A DNA stretch of 60,768 nt, filler included, from Sphacelaria rigidula (taxonomy: Eukaryota), in NCBI GenBank assembly GCA_964200075.2. It is 7 parts of 7 records of this genome, joined end to end, with 100 filler letters (N's around TTAATTAATTAA, not from the genome) between each part and the next. Parts side by side here need not be neighbours in the genome. Positions count along the whole stretch, not along the records: positions 17,393 to 25,988 come from CAXNAA020010646.1; positions 26,089 to 34,684 come from CAXNAA020010647.1; positions 34,785 to 43,380 come from CAXNAA020010648.1; 4 more parts are not named here. One strand, 5' to 3'. The notes under the pieces were generated by a model. That model was not told the origin of the DNA, searched no databases, and saw only the letters and a list, made by a program, of their open reading frames with translations. Below, one piece after another: positions 23,851 through 37,059 of the stretch. The stretch's first letter is position 1; every line of letters starts with the position of its first letter. The position numbers were made by a program, and so were the translations under genes.

Positions 23851-24682
23851 CGGTGAGTAAACTACATCGTGTTCAACTTACATTGCACAGCGTGCTCTAC
23901 AAAAAAAAGGGGCAAGCATTGCAGAAGGACGGTGGGGTACTAAAAACAACTAAAAATAAGTAGCTCCTGTGTTAAACTTCCTCCTGTGTGACCCCGGCTG
24001 ATGCGCTTAACACACAAGGATATCGATTACCCCAGATTAGACGAACAACTAACCGCAATTTCCTCAACTCTGCGATTTGAATAACTCATCTCTAATTACC
24101 GCAAAATCGGGGATGATTCGTTGTGTATCCCGGGTTTCCACAGTTCTACACTATAATCAGTATATTGACGCCAGAGAGGAAGTTTGAACGCACTTTGCGC
24201 GTTTGTAATGCACTTCTCATGTATGTATAGCAGTACACATGTACTCCGATGTAATGCTAAGTATGTAGTATGTATATCTACATGTATGGATGCATGTGTT
24301 GATGCTTGTATTACGTGTGTTGCATGTTTATATGTTTATCGTAGACTATTTCGCATCACTTGTTTCGCATATATCGCGTATGTACTTGTACGCAAGGTAC
24401 GAAGTACAAGTACTTCGAGTACATTTTTTGACGTCTCTTCGTCGTACCAATTGTCTTTTTTGTAGTACCACACTTCCGCACCATCATTCCATCCCATCCT
24501 ATAACTGCTATCATATTGTCGCCTTGTCGCCGCCGGTTTATTTTCAATTTGTGAATGCCAGTAAGTCCGATGAAGCGTGCTGTCAGCCTGGTAAACCTAG
24601 CAATCGCGCCCAACATCGTGGGGTGTTGCACAGACGCCTTCGTCACTTTCACAAAGCGAAGTAGTGCTGCACGCACCTCGAC

Positions 24683-25208
24683 TAGGCCCTGACTTCCAAG
24701 GCATGCCGAAGGGGGGTCTAAGGCAAACCGTTTAACGCACGCCTCAGGCAAACTAATTGGCCTCAGGCAACTGCTAAGGCATGCCTTACCCCGTATTCAT
24801 GCCTGAAATGCCTTAGTTTATAGCTCGGGATGCCTTAGACTTGCCTTAGACAATCAATCCGGTTACCCGAATAGTTGGAGTGGGCGTTGTCATACGCTTG
24901 ACTTATTGCTATCGTTTTTGCGGTATAATGTGTTTGCCTCTGTTAAATATGGCATCTCAGGCATAAAACACCTCATCACGCAACCCCTTTTTGAAAAGAG
25001 GCTCCAAGGCAAAAAATAAACCCCCGGTATCCCGACTAATTGTAGTTGGCGCCGTCATTCGTGTGCCTTACTTCCATTCTTTGTTGTAGTATATGTGTTT
25101 GCGTCGCCCACACAAGGCATCTCAGGCGCCATATCCCCTCTCAGGCAAACCCATCTGGAAAGGGGCTCTCAGGCAAAAAGCACGGCATGCCTTAGAAGTC
25201 AGGGCCTA
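24683..25208. mobile_element. hAT-type MITE
   Basis: TIR TAGGCCCTGACTTC(C/T)AAGGCATGCCG; 8-bp TSD ACCTCGAC / CCCTCGAC (7/8); subterminal GCCT(C/T)AG and AGGCA repeats. Confidence 0.8.
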
Positions 25209-27374
25209 CCCTCGACACCTTCGGGCTCAAAACTTATTGGGAAAGATGGAGACCCCAGACTCCTCCAGGAGGAAGAAGCCCCAACGCTGTTCGTGCTCAT
25301 GCCAGTCCGCTGTTCGTGTAGAGCTGTAGGGGTGTAGATTTGCTGCTGTTTGATGCTGCTGCTGCTGCTTCTACAAGTAGAGGCTACGCGGAATGCAAAG
25401 GGGGGGGGGGCGTGGATGCGACCGAAATTTGGGACCTTTATTACCGCCAAAATATGTATCACCTATCCCCCATAGGTGTTATCGGTAATTTCGGCTGCAA
25501 ATGTAATCGACGTCCTTGCTGATATATACCGCAAGGTGTAGACCGGCGTCTAGAATAGATGGGACGACAACACACAAACTCCACAGGGTCACCCTGTGTA
25601 GTCTTAGTCGAGGCGAGTGTGCTGCACAATGTTTATTTCACACTGCACAGCGCACACCACAGGGTGTCGCCACCACTTGTAGTGTTTGTCCAGGCGAGTA
25701 CGCTGCATAGTTGTGTTTTCACACTGCACAGCGTCCTCGTCAGGGGGCAATACATGAGCGAAAAATACTCTTGAAGAAAGTATCTTCGATCGAATGGTTA
25801 AACCGGGTATCGGACCTACATTACAGGTCACACGACGATTGGTTGATCATAGCCCCATTCATAACCTACGAGTCGACGGGAAAAGAACGTACTTCTGATG
25901 TATATGTATATCATAAAACAGCCAATTTTCGAAAATGGGGTTGAAAAAAAATGAGGTTCAGGTCAAAAGCCGTGCTTTCCCTGACCTANNNNNNNNNNNN
26001 NNNNNNNNNNNNNNNNNNNNNNNNNNNNNNNNTTAATTAATTAANNNNNNNNNNNNNNNNNNNNNNNNNNNNNNNNNNNNNNNNNNNNGCGAGGTCAATG
26101 GTCTGATGACTATGACAAGCATGATCATGAGTACACCCCCCCAGAAAAGTGGCTGATTTGAGGAGGCAATATGTACCTGCGATTCAAAATGACTAACGCC
26201 GAGCACACTGAGCAGCTGGAAACTTCCAAGCTTGGGATCATTTTCACCAATGTGCTCTTTTCTTTTCTTTTTGTGTTAAATCGGCCATTTCTTTCTGTGC
26301 TTTGCTTTGTTGACTATTATTTTTAGTATTATTAGTATCATTAGTATCATTAGTATCATTAGCATTAGTAGTATTAGTAGTAGTATAGTATTATTATTAG
26401 TATTATTATTTTATTGTTATTGTTGTTGTTATTAATGTTATTAATGTTATTATTGTCATGATTGTTATTGTTGGGTTTTGGTTTTGGTTTTGGTTTTGTC
26501 TTTGTCTTTGTCTTTGTATTTGTTATTATTCTCACGTGTCTTGGTCTACTTTGTCGTTCTGTTGGACAATTTCTGTTCCTTCTTTTTCTTCAGCGAGTGT
26601 TTCAGTTTCGGTGGGGGTCTGTCGCGTCGTCGATGTCAGAAGAATTTCCCATCTGTATGTGCTGATACCCTCAGCGATAGTCGATGGACCCCCCGCTTTG
26701 TTCACTGCTTTGTCTATTTTTTTTTCACGGTTGGGCTTGTGCTGTTGTTGATGCTATGTCTCCTTCCGGGCGGTATGTATGTCGTATGGCATTACATGGC
26801 ACTCTATGTCACTATATGTCACGGCTTAGGAGACCTTCGTCCTGTGTGCGTGCATACCAGAGCACATGTGTCAACTATGTTTTGTTTCTTTTGCCTTGAA
26901 GTCCGGTACCGAGTGCGCCGTGAGTGATATGTACATCCACTGCCGGACCGTACTTCCAAGCGTACGGTTTGAGACAGGTTGGAGGCATTCTTCAGGAAAC
27001 ATACGTCGGAGGTTTTTCCTCCCTTGGGGAAGATACATGATATTTTTACTTGATTTCTCTTCCCTTTCCGTTCCTCCCCCGTCTGTTATCGTATCTTTTG
27101 CGTTCGTTCGATTTACTCCGTTCGTGTTCTGTTTCTTACTTTAGTATTTCCCCATTTTCGAGTGTCGAGTGTCCTCCTGTAGCGAGCGTTTCCCTTTTGA
27201 TTACCTTGGGTGCGTCCATCTTATGGATGATGACCACCGCAGGCTGGATCATGACTCCTGGGGGATCGCTTGATGTGCAGCAATCAATCAATCAAACAAT
27301 CAATCAATCAACACGCGCCAAGTCAGGGGACGACAGGAACCAACCACCCCCTTCCCCTTCTCTTCTCCTTCAAG

Positions 27375-27483
27375 ACCATATCCCTCCGTTGTTGCGGTCG
27401 CTCGGCAGGGATCGAATGGGGGCATGAAAAAATCTCCGTCTTGGGCCAGGATGTCATCGTGCGACTCCTACGAGAATCTGCAG
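27375..27483 (+). CDS. Unidentified Ser/Gly-rich protein, internal exon (upstream exons not found)
   Basis: Polypyrimidine tract plus AAG acceptor; PYPSVVAVARQGSNGGMKKSPSWARMSSCDSYENLQ; phase-0 donor CAG|GTGGG, compatible with the next exon. Confidence 0.65.
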
Positions 27484-28310
27484 GTGGGTTCAAGCTTTTT
27501 ATTTCTACTCCCCATTTTTTGTTGTTGATTGCGTTTGTTCTTGTAATTAGGCTCAAGTCTCAGAAAAACTAATAAAAGAGGGCTCTATGTCTTTTAAGGA
27601 ATAGCAGAGACGGTATAAGACGAGCCTACGTCTGTGACCACGGGTTCGAGAGATCAGACTAATGTGCGGAAATAATAATAATGATCGTTTTTGTCCAGTT
27701 GAGACCAGTTAGTGTACAGGTTCCACCTATCTTGAAGGTGGGGGCAAAAGCTTAGTGTGTTGATGGATGTGAGCCACCAGGATGAGGCTTTGCGATCGTT
27801 CTCGTAAGCGTCTTGCAGTAAGAGAGCTTCGTTACACGGGTAGCAGCGATCATGGGGCGGGGGAGGGGAATGTACTCATGGCCTGCATGCCATAGTCATA
27901 TGACCATTGACCTCGCATCCCTACAAAGCCAGGGCGGGGCACGCCGGGTTTTCGCCGGACCAGTCGCTTGGAGGGGGCACGCATGGTGGGGGGCATAGGT
28001 TGCACTAATGACGAGGACAAATAATTAAATATATGCGAAACCTTTTCTCCCTTGTTCTGACGTAGCACATCGCTTGGCCGTTGGCTCGGAACACTCAATG
28101 CTACGCCCCCGTGCCTGGCAAATATATTCATCAGTGTGTGCCATGACGCGTTTTTTTTTTTAATTTTTTCGTTTGTTGGTTATTCAAAGTTGTTTTTGCT
28201 CCTGCTCTGGCCGTGTTTATCCTAACTTCCAATGAACAATAAATTCAATGCAATGGCATGTATCCCTTGCCCACCCCACACCCCACACCCCCGCTCGCGC
28301 AATAATCCAG

Positions 28311-28592
28311 AATTTGGCGGAGGGTCTACCTCTGTCCTTCTCTCTCCCCAGCGGAGGTGTGACCAGCAGTCCATCAGTTGCGGGCATGCCGGCCATCATG
28401 GGGATGACATCATCGGCCGTCTTGGGGAGCGGCGGAGGATCCTTGATGACGTCATCTATGCCCACGACGTCATCGATGACAAGGTCGACATCATTCGGCA
28501 CGTTGGCGCCCTCGTCGAGCTTCATGCCACGAAATACTTCAGTGGAGGACTTTTTGAGTCTCGTGGAATCGGGAGACATCCCCCCCCCTGAG
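28311..28592 (+). CDS. Unidentified Ser/Gly-rich protein, internal exon
   Basis: CAG acceptor; 94 open codons NLAEGLPLSFSLPSGG...MPRNTSVEDFLSLVESGDIPPPE; GC-rich, coding-like; donor GAG|GTGTG. Confidence 0.8.
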
Positions 28593-29089
28593 GTGTGTTG
28601 TGTGTATGTGTGGTAGTCTTCGGGAGCCTGCCCCCGCAGAAGTGACTCATTCAGAGATTGAAAGTGAATGCGAGATCATTACCTTCATTGGTGAGTTCTA
28701 GATTTCTCGTGTACAGCTAATTTATTTTATTTGCTGTGTACTTCCCTCTTCTTTTCCTTTTTTTTTTTGTTTTAGGTGGGCCATTTCTTTCTGTGCTTTG
28801 CTTGTGTTGAATTTTTTTATTACTTTTTTTTTTGTCACGACTTAGTCTGCTGTGTCGTTCTCTTCGACCCCTCTTTCTTTTTTTTTTTCTGCCCCTTTTT
28901 TTCCTGAGAGCGTATTTGAGTTTCGTTTTTGTTGGGTTCGTCTATCATGAGACCACCGCTGGACTCCTGCTGGGGGGTCAGTTGAAGTGCGAGAAGCAAA
29001 TCAAATCAAATCGATCAAGCTGTCATTGCCCTGTATCCCAATTTACAGATGCCAACTCGCACTCGAAATCCTATTAACATCTCTACTTG

Positions 29090-29124
<35 letters not shown>

Positions 29125-29680
29125 GCCGGTCGCCGCGGTGGCTCAGCTGGTAACCTCGAAATCTTCCACACCTTGGACAATATATGGTCAATAGTTGCAA
29201 TAGACAAAAGACGTACTGCATAAAGTATGGGTCTATTGCGACTATTGTCGGCCGACAATAGCTACAGTAGGCCTGTACTTTATGCAGCACACTTCTCGTC
29301 TATTGCATATTTTGACCATATATTGTCCAGGGTGTAAAATCTTCCGACGGTTAGGGTGTGGGTTAGAATCTCGGTGAAGTCACACGATCTGAGATTTTCT
29401 TCACATCATCATTCCCACCGGAAAACGACTAGGTCGTTGGTGTACAATATTCCACCACACGGTCGACGAGGGAAAGGGACCGCTGAACCCTTTTCGTGAT
29501 GAAATAACGGTGAGCACCGCAGAACGAAGGCGAAATTACAAAACAAGATACAAAAAAAATCAAGCTCTTGTGTTGGCCTTCTTCCTGTGTGACCCCGGCT
29601 GATGCGCCCACATATACCGAAAGGTGTAGACTGGTGCCCAGGACAGATGGGATGATGGCCACATACACACACATACACAT
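29125..29680 (+). mobile_element. tRNA-derived SINE, copy 1, interrupted by a MITE
   Basis: A box TGGCTCAGCTGG, degenerate B box GGTTAGAATC; body homologous to 33701-34119; CA-rich tail. Confidence 0.8.
29167..29336. mobile_element. 170-bp palindromic MITE with 8-bp TSD (hAT-like)
   Basis: TIR (C/T)ACACC(T/C)TGGACAATATATGGTCAA; TSD AAATCTTC on both sides; empty site in SINE copy 2. Confidence 0.88.
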
Positions 29681-30207
29681 TCGTGTTTCAAGAAATCTGA
29701 AAAGTCACGAGATGTCAGATTTTCAAGACGTGGGTTCGTTTTCCGGTGCCAGTTGGCATCTGTACCTTGAAAGGCCCGAGGTTACGGTAAGCTGACGAAT
29801 CATGCATACGAGAAAATCTTGAATTGATAACATGGAGATCCGTTTTTGCACTTGATTTTTTGGTTCGCCGATTGATTGTATCATATTCACTCAATTGCCG
29901 AACCCTGATGATCTAAATTAAAATGGTACATCCACGGCCATTAGAGAGTACAGTTACTGCGGAACGTTGAGGGTTCGAATCCCCACAGATACGGTGATTT
30001 TGAAGAGAGTCTTGTGCAGACGTGAGTTGCGAAGAAAATGTCACGACCGTCGACGCGTGGCGGGATTGCTGTCATGATCCAATCCGCAAGACAAAAATAT
30101 CATGACACATATGACGGGCATGTACCGGGGGAGATGTACGAGTTAATCCATTGAGGTTACCGATACGTTCTGAGGAAGGCGAGAGGAAGTGCTGAGATTA
30201 TGACGGG

Positions 30208-30245
<38 letters not shown>

Positions 30246-30972
30246 GTGTGTGGTCTGCTTCAATTTCGTCCGTATTGGCGAGAAACGCTGGGGTTACAGG
30301 TTACACGAAGGAAAAGACATGCGCAGCTGAACAAAAGTCGAGTGAAAGAAGAAGGAAACAAAGGATATTAAAGGCGGTCAATGTGTTGCGGTATCGCCGT
30401 ACCAAACATGATAAGAAGGGAGGGACGTAAGATCACAAACTACACACCACATACCCCATACCACGTGCCCTACACCCCGTACCACATACCGTACTGTGTT
30501 GGCGTTGCGTGATGCTGCTTATTATAGTATGACATAAAGCCTCCACTTGAGTCATGTTGACGAAACATGTGCGTCTTTTTTACGTCGGGCCTGGGCGTAT
30601 ACCTCTCCGCATATGAGGTGATGATAGTCGGCTGCGACGAAGGCCACATTGGCAACGACTAACTGAGTAAGCGGCAGGCCACAAAGCTGCGTGTGGATGA
30701 AGTAACCTGACGGTGACGAATGACTGCCTCCGAGATGACCGTGTCCACCTGACCACTCTACGAGGTATTGGTTGGTGAAGGTGCCCAGTAGCTGGCCGTA
30801 CCTCTCGTGCACCACCACACCTACAGTACAGTGCGGTACAGAGCTAAATGGACCGATTTTCGTGTGCATGTGTAGGCGTTTTGCTTGGTGTTGCATCGCG
30901 TATTCCCATTCTTACATGTATTTATTTTTGTCACCTTTTTTTCTCCTTCTTCTTTTCTCTCCGTCACGTTAG

Positions 30973-31143
30973 GGTGCGGCAGGCTTCACAGTTCCCATGT
31001 GGATAAACGGAGGGAGTGAGAGCAGCACTAATGCTTCCACAGGAACAGGACCGTCATCTGGTTTGACTGCTTGGCCAGCTTGTAGTAATAATGCTAGCGA
31101 GAAAGGCAGCAGCACGAGCACCAACAAGACGAAAAGCAAGAAG
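30973..31143 (+). CDS. Unidentified Ser/Gly-rich protein, penultimate exon
   Basis: Polypyrimidine tract plus TAG acceptor; GAAGFTVPMWINGGSESS...STSTNKTKSKK (57 codons, phase 0/0); donor AAG|GTGAG. Confidence 0.75.
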
Positions 31144-31588
31144 GTGAGACTCATGACATCGCATGACATGACGTGACGTGACGTGACGTGATATGAATTT
31201 ATGTCTTTTCCGCTTCCCCTTGCTTCGCCTTGTATTGCCATGCCTTGCCCTGCGTTGCCGTACGTCACCTTGCTTTTTTATTCTGCACGGCTTTGACTTG
31301 CCCTGCGTAGCCATGCTTTGCCTTGCTGTGTGATCGTGGTGGCCTCCTCTCCTGTTGTATGTATTTGAAATCTTTTCGTGAGATCGGCGGGCTGTGTTGC
31401 GAAGGGTATGGTGTTGGGGGTTCACCACGCGCTCATGGAACATGAACCTACAGCAGGCATTTTTCTTCATCCTTTCAGGGTTTTTTGTTGCGTTGTATAT
31501 ATACATATATATAGTGTGGATACTACTACATTGAAAGGGGAAATACCGTGTCTGTCGAGTACGATGACGTTTTCACGACTATATCCAT

Positions 31589-31624
<36 letters not shown>

Positions 31625-31937
31625 CATTTTCCACGTTGTCTATTAATATCTATTTCTACCCACCCCCCGCAATAAGACCTGCTTTGGTGTCTGCATGGTA
31701 TACAATATAGACTGCTTTCGTCCACGTGTGATAACAAAGGCTTCGTCGTTTTTGTGCCCGATCATGGCTCTGACTGTTGTTATTTGCCATATTCCATCAA
31801 CTCCCCTTGGCACTGCTGTTCCCTTATTCCTTTTTTTCCTTTACTGCTCTTTTTGCGTTGCGCCGTCTTGTATCGCTGCTTTTTTTTCGTTCTTCTTCCA
31901 TTTTTTCCCCATTTTTTTCTTTCTTGTTATTCTCCAG

Positions 31938-32021
31938 GGTCGAGGTAGCGGGTCAGATCAGTCATTGCCGAAATCCAAGCGCTTGAAGGCTAGCGCAGCG
32001 AAGGCAGAGGCAAAAGGCTGA
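31938..32021 (+). CDS. Unidentified Ser/Gly-rich protein, terminal exon
   Basis: Long polypyrimidine tract plus CAG; GRGSGSDQSLPKSKRLKASAAKAEAKG then TGA. Confidence 0.75.
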   Translation, partial: GRGSGSDQSLPKSKRLKASAAKAEAKG

Positions 32022-33700
32022 ATCGATCACGCGCTAGAATTTGTCGCGATCGTTTTTGTTGCTGTTGCCGTAGTGTTGCCTTGAGTGTTGGAGTGGTGTG
32101 CTGTTTCTGAGCCCTACTGGATGTCCCGAGAACGAACCGGTTTGTCCGTTGGGTGCCGCATGGAAAGATCGAAGCGAACTGCTTGAGCGTGCTGTGTGCA
32201 GGTGATTGTTCATTTGTTTCCACTTTACGTCCATGCTCGCGCGTATCATGCAAGGGCAAAGCACGTTTCCCGCTCGACAACATAACGTGGCATGACATAC
32301 GATGTGTATGATGTTCGCGTTGCCGAAAAAGCAGTACGTGATGACTGCTGTTTGTCGTACTTTGTCGCGCATGTGAATGGATGTGTGTGCCTTGCCGTGC
32401 ACAGGCAGAGTGCACACTAAGGTATAGTTTGGTAAGCGGTGCTGAGTGCTGCGGCGTGTTTAGTGACTCGAGTCGTCCAAGCTCGTCGTCTGGGATCTTG
32501 GTCGACATTGTCACAACGCGGTGCATTCCCTTGAAAAAGGGGGGAGATGTTTCTATTCGTGTTTGTGTTTGTTGTGTACTCGTTTCCCCCCAAGTCTTAC
32601 ATGTGATCTCATCTGTTTCAGGGGGAAGAGGGGCGTCTACTGTAGTGGTGGTTTATTTGAAGAGCATAAAGGACGGTTTGTTTTGGACACGAGAGAGACG
32701 GACAAGAGACGCTAGATCTGGCTCTCTAGGTATATAGCTACGTAGTCTGTCGACATCTCGAGGAAGCGTGGGCGTCGCGTGCCGACATTTCAGCTCCACC
32801 GCGAAAGCTAAGACGGGGTCTACCGAAAATTGAAATAGCGAGCGTGATTTCCGCTTGCAAGACCCCACCCGATCGATAAGTGTGTGGGCGCCATTTATTG
32901 CCCAGTGCACTTGGTCGTCGCAAAAGTCTGCGTTGAGTGACTTCGGCGAGGTGTTTTGTTGTGAGGATGCGTATATACAGTAGATATATACATACATTTT
33001 TACCCAAGCCGGTTGATGGGGGGTGCGCATGACTTGTTTACTGTATGGTGTGCGCCGGGTTTTTTTTTTCCCGTAAGAAGTACATTTTCAGTGTCAGTGC
33101 TATTTACAGTACCGTCAAGTTCTTCATGTATCTTGCTTTTTTGTCATGTTAGACTCACGTATGTTTGGTAGATAGAGTACAGGACGATATCGGACCATGC
33201 GCCATCGAAAGTAAACCTTATATTTATGTACTCTATTTGTACGCCAATTTGCAGGCCACGACTTTAATGCCATCCGTTTTTCTCTCTCTTTTTTACGCAT
33301 GGGTATCGTCTGTTGGGGACTTGCGGGTACTGTCCGTACTGTCCTCTGTGGGAGTTTGGGGGATTGTTTAGTACAGTACAATTGATGGTTTGTCCAAGAG
33401 AAACCGCTACTCTCGGAAGCGGAGAATGAAGAGAGTCCAGTGTTCCTACCTGGAATTTTACGCTGTAGATGGGGATTTTCGAGAGAAAGCCGAACTGTGG
33501 GGATGCCCAGCTTGTGTTGTGGGTTCCGCATGTTGTATAGACTGTTGTTGCGGTAGACGCGTAGATTTCATTACTACAGATATGGTACAAAGTAATGAAC
33601 AACATTCCAGCAATTTAGTTTCGAAGATGACAGCGATGGTGTCAATATTAGTCCGGCAATACTCCTTGTTGCTACTGCGTTTTTTTCTTATATTATCCGA

Positions 33701-34119
33701 GCCGGTCGCCACGGTGGCTCAGTTGGTAACCTCGAATCCTTCTGACAGTTAGGTCGTGGGTTCGAATCTCGGTGCGGTCACACGATCTGGGATTTTTTCT
33801 CACACAATGCTCAACAGTGGAGAGCGATCATAATAACACGGTTTAGTGTTATATCTCACACAATCCCCAACATTGGAGAGCGACTAGGTCGTGGGTACGG
33901 TACACAAAAGTCGACATGACGGTCGATGAGGGGAAGGGACCGCTGAACCCCTCTCGCGATAGAAAGGAAGGGACGCAGAAGGAAGGTGGAGTACTTGAAC
34001 AGAAAAAAGGAGAAAACACCTCTAGTGTTCCTCCTGTATGAGCCCGGCTGATGCGCCCACATACATATATACCGAAAGGCGTAGATTGGCGTCCAGTATA
34101 GATGGGATAACAAACACAC
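33701..34119 (+). mobile_element. tRNA-derived SINE, copy 2
   Basis: A box TGGCTCAGTTGG and B box GGTTCGAATC; ~420-bp body; 3' fragments recur at about 14843-14943 (minus strand) and 23978-24006. Confidence 0.85.
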
Positions 34120-34320
34120 CTTCTCGAAGACACCAAAATTATTCACATTTTCGAACCACGTTGTTACTGATTGCTGCTTATATATGGGTTGATTACACTT
34201 TCCCTCACGAAAATAGATTTCGCGGCACAGAAGCATCTGATCGAGCCCAATAGCATGAGGTCAGGGAAGGCAGCATTATTTTGGAGTTAGCTGAAACTTG
34301 TTTCAATTTCCCCAGCTAAA

Positions 34321-34684
34321 GCTACTTTGTATTTAACCTACTGTAACACAGACCAGACATAGACATGAAATAGAGAAGCTAACCCTACTTTTATTTAACC
34401 TACTATAACACAGACCAGACATAGACATGAAATACAGAAGCTAACCCTACTTTTATTTAACCTGCTGTAACACAGACCGGACACAGACATGAAATACAGA
34501 AGCTAACCCTACTTTGTATTTAACCTACTGTAACACAGACCAGACATAGACACGAAATAGAGAAGCTAACCCTACTTTTATTTAACCTACTATAACACAG
34601 ACCGGACGTAGACATGAAATAGAGAAGCTAACCCTCCTTTTTATTTAACCTGCTGTAACACAGACCGGACACAGACATGAAATA
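34321..34684. repeat. Minisatellite, ~62-bp unit, about 6 copies, running into the contig end
   Basis: Unit GCTAACCCTACTTTTATTTAACCTACT(A/G)TAACACAGACC(A/G)GACATAGACATGAAATAGAGAA repeated head to tail. Confidence 0.92.
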
Positions 34685-34814
34685 NNNNNNNNNNNNNNNN
34701 NNNNNNNNNNNNNNNNNNNNNNNNNNNNTTAATTAATTAANNNNNNNNNNNNNNNNNNNNNNNNNNNNNNNNNNNNNNNNNNNNGTGTCGATTGTGTGTG
34801 TCGAGTATTGATAC

Positions 34815-34907
34815 CTGTATGTGGCCCATGTAGGCAGAGATTACGTCAAGTCCGTACTCGCGAACGAGGCCTCGGAGCAGAGACACGCCCCGGGTGTTCG
34901 CCGCAAC
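34815..34907 (-). CDS. OPLAH: 5-oxoprolinase, internal exon d
   Basis: CAG acceptor; [31 protein letters not shown]; donor CAG|GTATC. Confidence 0.95.
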
Positions 34908-35683
34908 CTGCGCACGAAGCACGCACATGGAAGCAAATGAAACGGAAGTGAAGCGAAAACGCAAAGCATGTCAACAAAAAGCAAGGCGTATCAGGAAGCA
35001 AAAAAAAAGACGAAATAACGGTCGGTTCGTCTTCTTTGTGACTGCATAGGAGCGAAAATAATTTGTACAGGTCGCCAAAATTCACAGCTGGGCGTACGTG
35101 GGTTACGTGTACGAGAATCGATGCTTTTATTGTTTTGTCCTAAGTGGGTAATATCCTGCACTCTTGAAACACCCTTCAAGAACGAAGCATGAACGTGCAC
35201 CATACATACACAGGACAATAACAGATCCAAGAGGATATGCTCGAACACAACACAAGAAATACTTTGGAAAAAAAAAAGGCCACTGACGCGGTTCATTCAA
35301 CGCTTCCTCCTTTCGCCATTAGTCTGTGAATATATGTCTCCCGATCGCATTTTTTTAGCATCTACTTCTCCCGCTCATCGCACCGTGGAGAAAAACAGCC
35401 GCGGAATGTCGCACTTCGCAAGAAATATATATATATATATATGTATACATACACATAAAAAAATCGCTCTTACTCACTCCATTCTATGGTACGTCCGCCT
35501 CCTTGCACGTCTACTTGTGCCCCAATCAGGCGCCTCCAGAAGTAGGAAGCATGTTTCCACCGGCAGCGTGAGATAGCCAACGAACCAACCGACCTAACCG
35601 ATCGAATGGTCCAATCGACTCGGCAAATCACATTAATCAACCGAGTAACCCACCACTCAGCGGACCAACCCACGACTACGCAC

Positions 35684-35839
35684 CTGCGCCCGAAGATCGC
35701 TCAGGTTGTCCTGAAGGTTCCTGGTACCACTGCATGCAGGGTCACCCCTTTCTCCCGGTGCATGGAGCAGCTTGGACACACCTTTTTCGTCGAAAACGCC
35801 TCCGGCCACCAGCTTGAATGCTACAATTGCAGCACCCTC
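35684..35839 (-). CDS. OPLAH: 5-oxoprolinase, internal exon c
   Basis: TAG acceptor; [52 protein letters not shown] (52 codons); donor CAG|GTGCGT. Not in the supplied ORF track; translated by hand. Confidence 0.95.
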
Positions 35840-36062
35840 CTATGTTGTTACACATGAATGCGCGATGGGGGAAGAAAAAAATAATGAAAATAATGTCTGC
35901 GAGTGAGTCCCCACCCGATTCACATACTCACTCCCCCCCCCCCCCCCCCCAAAAAAGAGAGACCTTCTTGTAGCCTCCACTAAATTTGGTCACCAGCGTG
36001 GGGAAAAAAAAAAACAAAAACTATCCAAGGCGTATACGATACACAAGGGGTTTGTAGGTTGT

Positions 36063-36299
36063 GTATGTATGTATGTATGTATGTATGTATGTATGTATGT
36101 ATGTATGTATGTATGTATGTATTCATATAGATGATTTACTGCAAATAGATTTCGATGAACATCGACTCAGGTTTGAGAGATCGGGCTAATGTTACGGAAA
36201 TAACAATAACACTATATTTGATTCGATATGATGAGAAGAAGAAGAAGAACAAGAAGAGGAAGAAGAAGAAGAAGAACAACAACAACAACAATGATAGTG

Positions 36300-36367
<68 letters not shown>

Positions 36368-36440
36368 CATCATCATACTGATGACACTAATGATAACAAA
36401 AATTATGCCCACAATAATCATAATAATCATGATCATGATC
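36063..36440. repeat. Microsatellite cluster: (TATG)n, (GAA)n, (CAA)n, (AAT)n
   Basis: Directly visible; lies in an OPLAH intron. Confidence 0.95.
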
Positions 36441-37059
36441 GACAGACTGCGGGAGCGCTAGCCCAATCGGTACTCGATACCTAAAGAGCAAGGTGCTAAC
36501 GTAAGGTACCACATCAGGGATGAGCGGGTTGATTCGTTGATGCGGCTAAACTACGGACTTAGTTCAGGGGAAGTGGGGGCAAAGAATGGGGGGGGGAGGA
36601 GGGTGCTGAGTATAAGTGAAACGTAAGCAAAGAAGCATGCGTGCTGTACACTCCCCATCGACCGGCCACAGCAGTGATACCGAGAAGGTGAGCTAGTAAC
36701 AGTGCGCGAATCAGACAGGGAGGGGGACACGTGACTTTTCCTGTCATGTTCAGTGAGCATGACGCCGATGCTAAGAGACTCACACCAGTAGAACGTTGCA
36801 GCCCAGTTCGAACCATGGCATCTTGTTCAGCATCAAGTACAAAAATATACGCTCAAAGCTCATGGTTCTCCCCGCAGCTATTGAACCTCTGGGTGAAACC
36901 AGCTCAGCTCGTAGAAAAGAACCGGCCTCTCAAAACAGAATAAGATGCCTACAAATGACGATAGCTTTCATCCTTTTATCCCTCAAAAAGCTCCTTGAAC
37001 ATCATACATCAGCGAAATACATTCACAACTGCCAACCCCCCCTCCCCCCCCTCGTTCCA

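Noticed and set aside
33701-33780. tRNA gene
   Set aside because: A and B boxes are present but there is no convincing acceptor stem or terminator, and the head runs into a ~340-bp dispersed body: a SINE.
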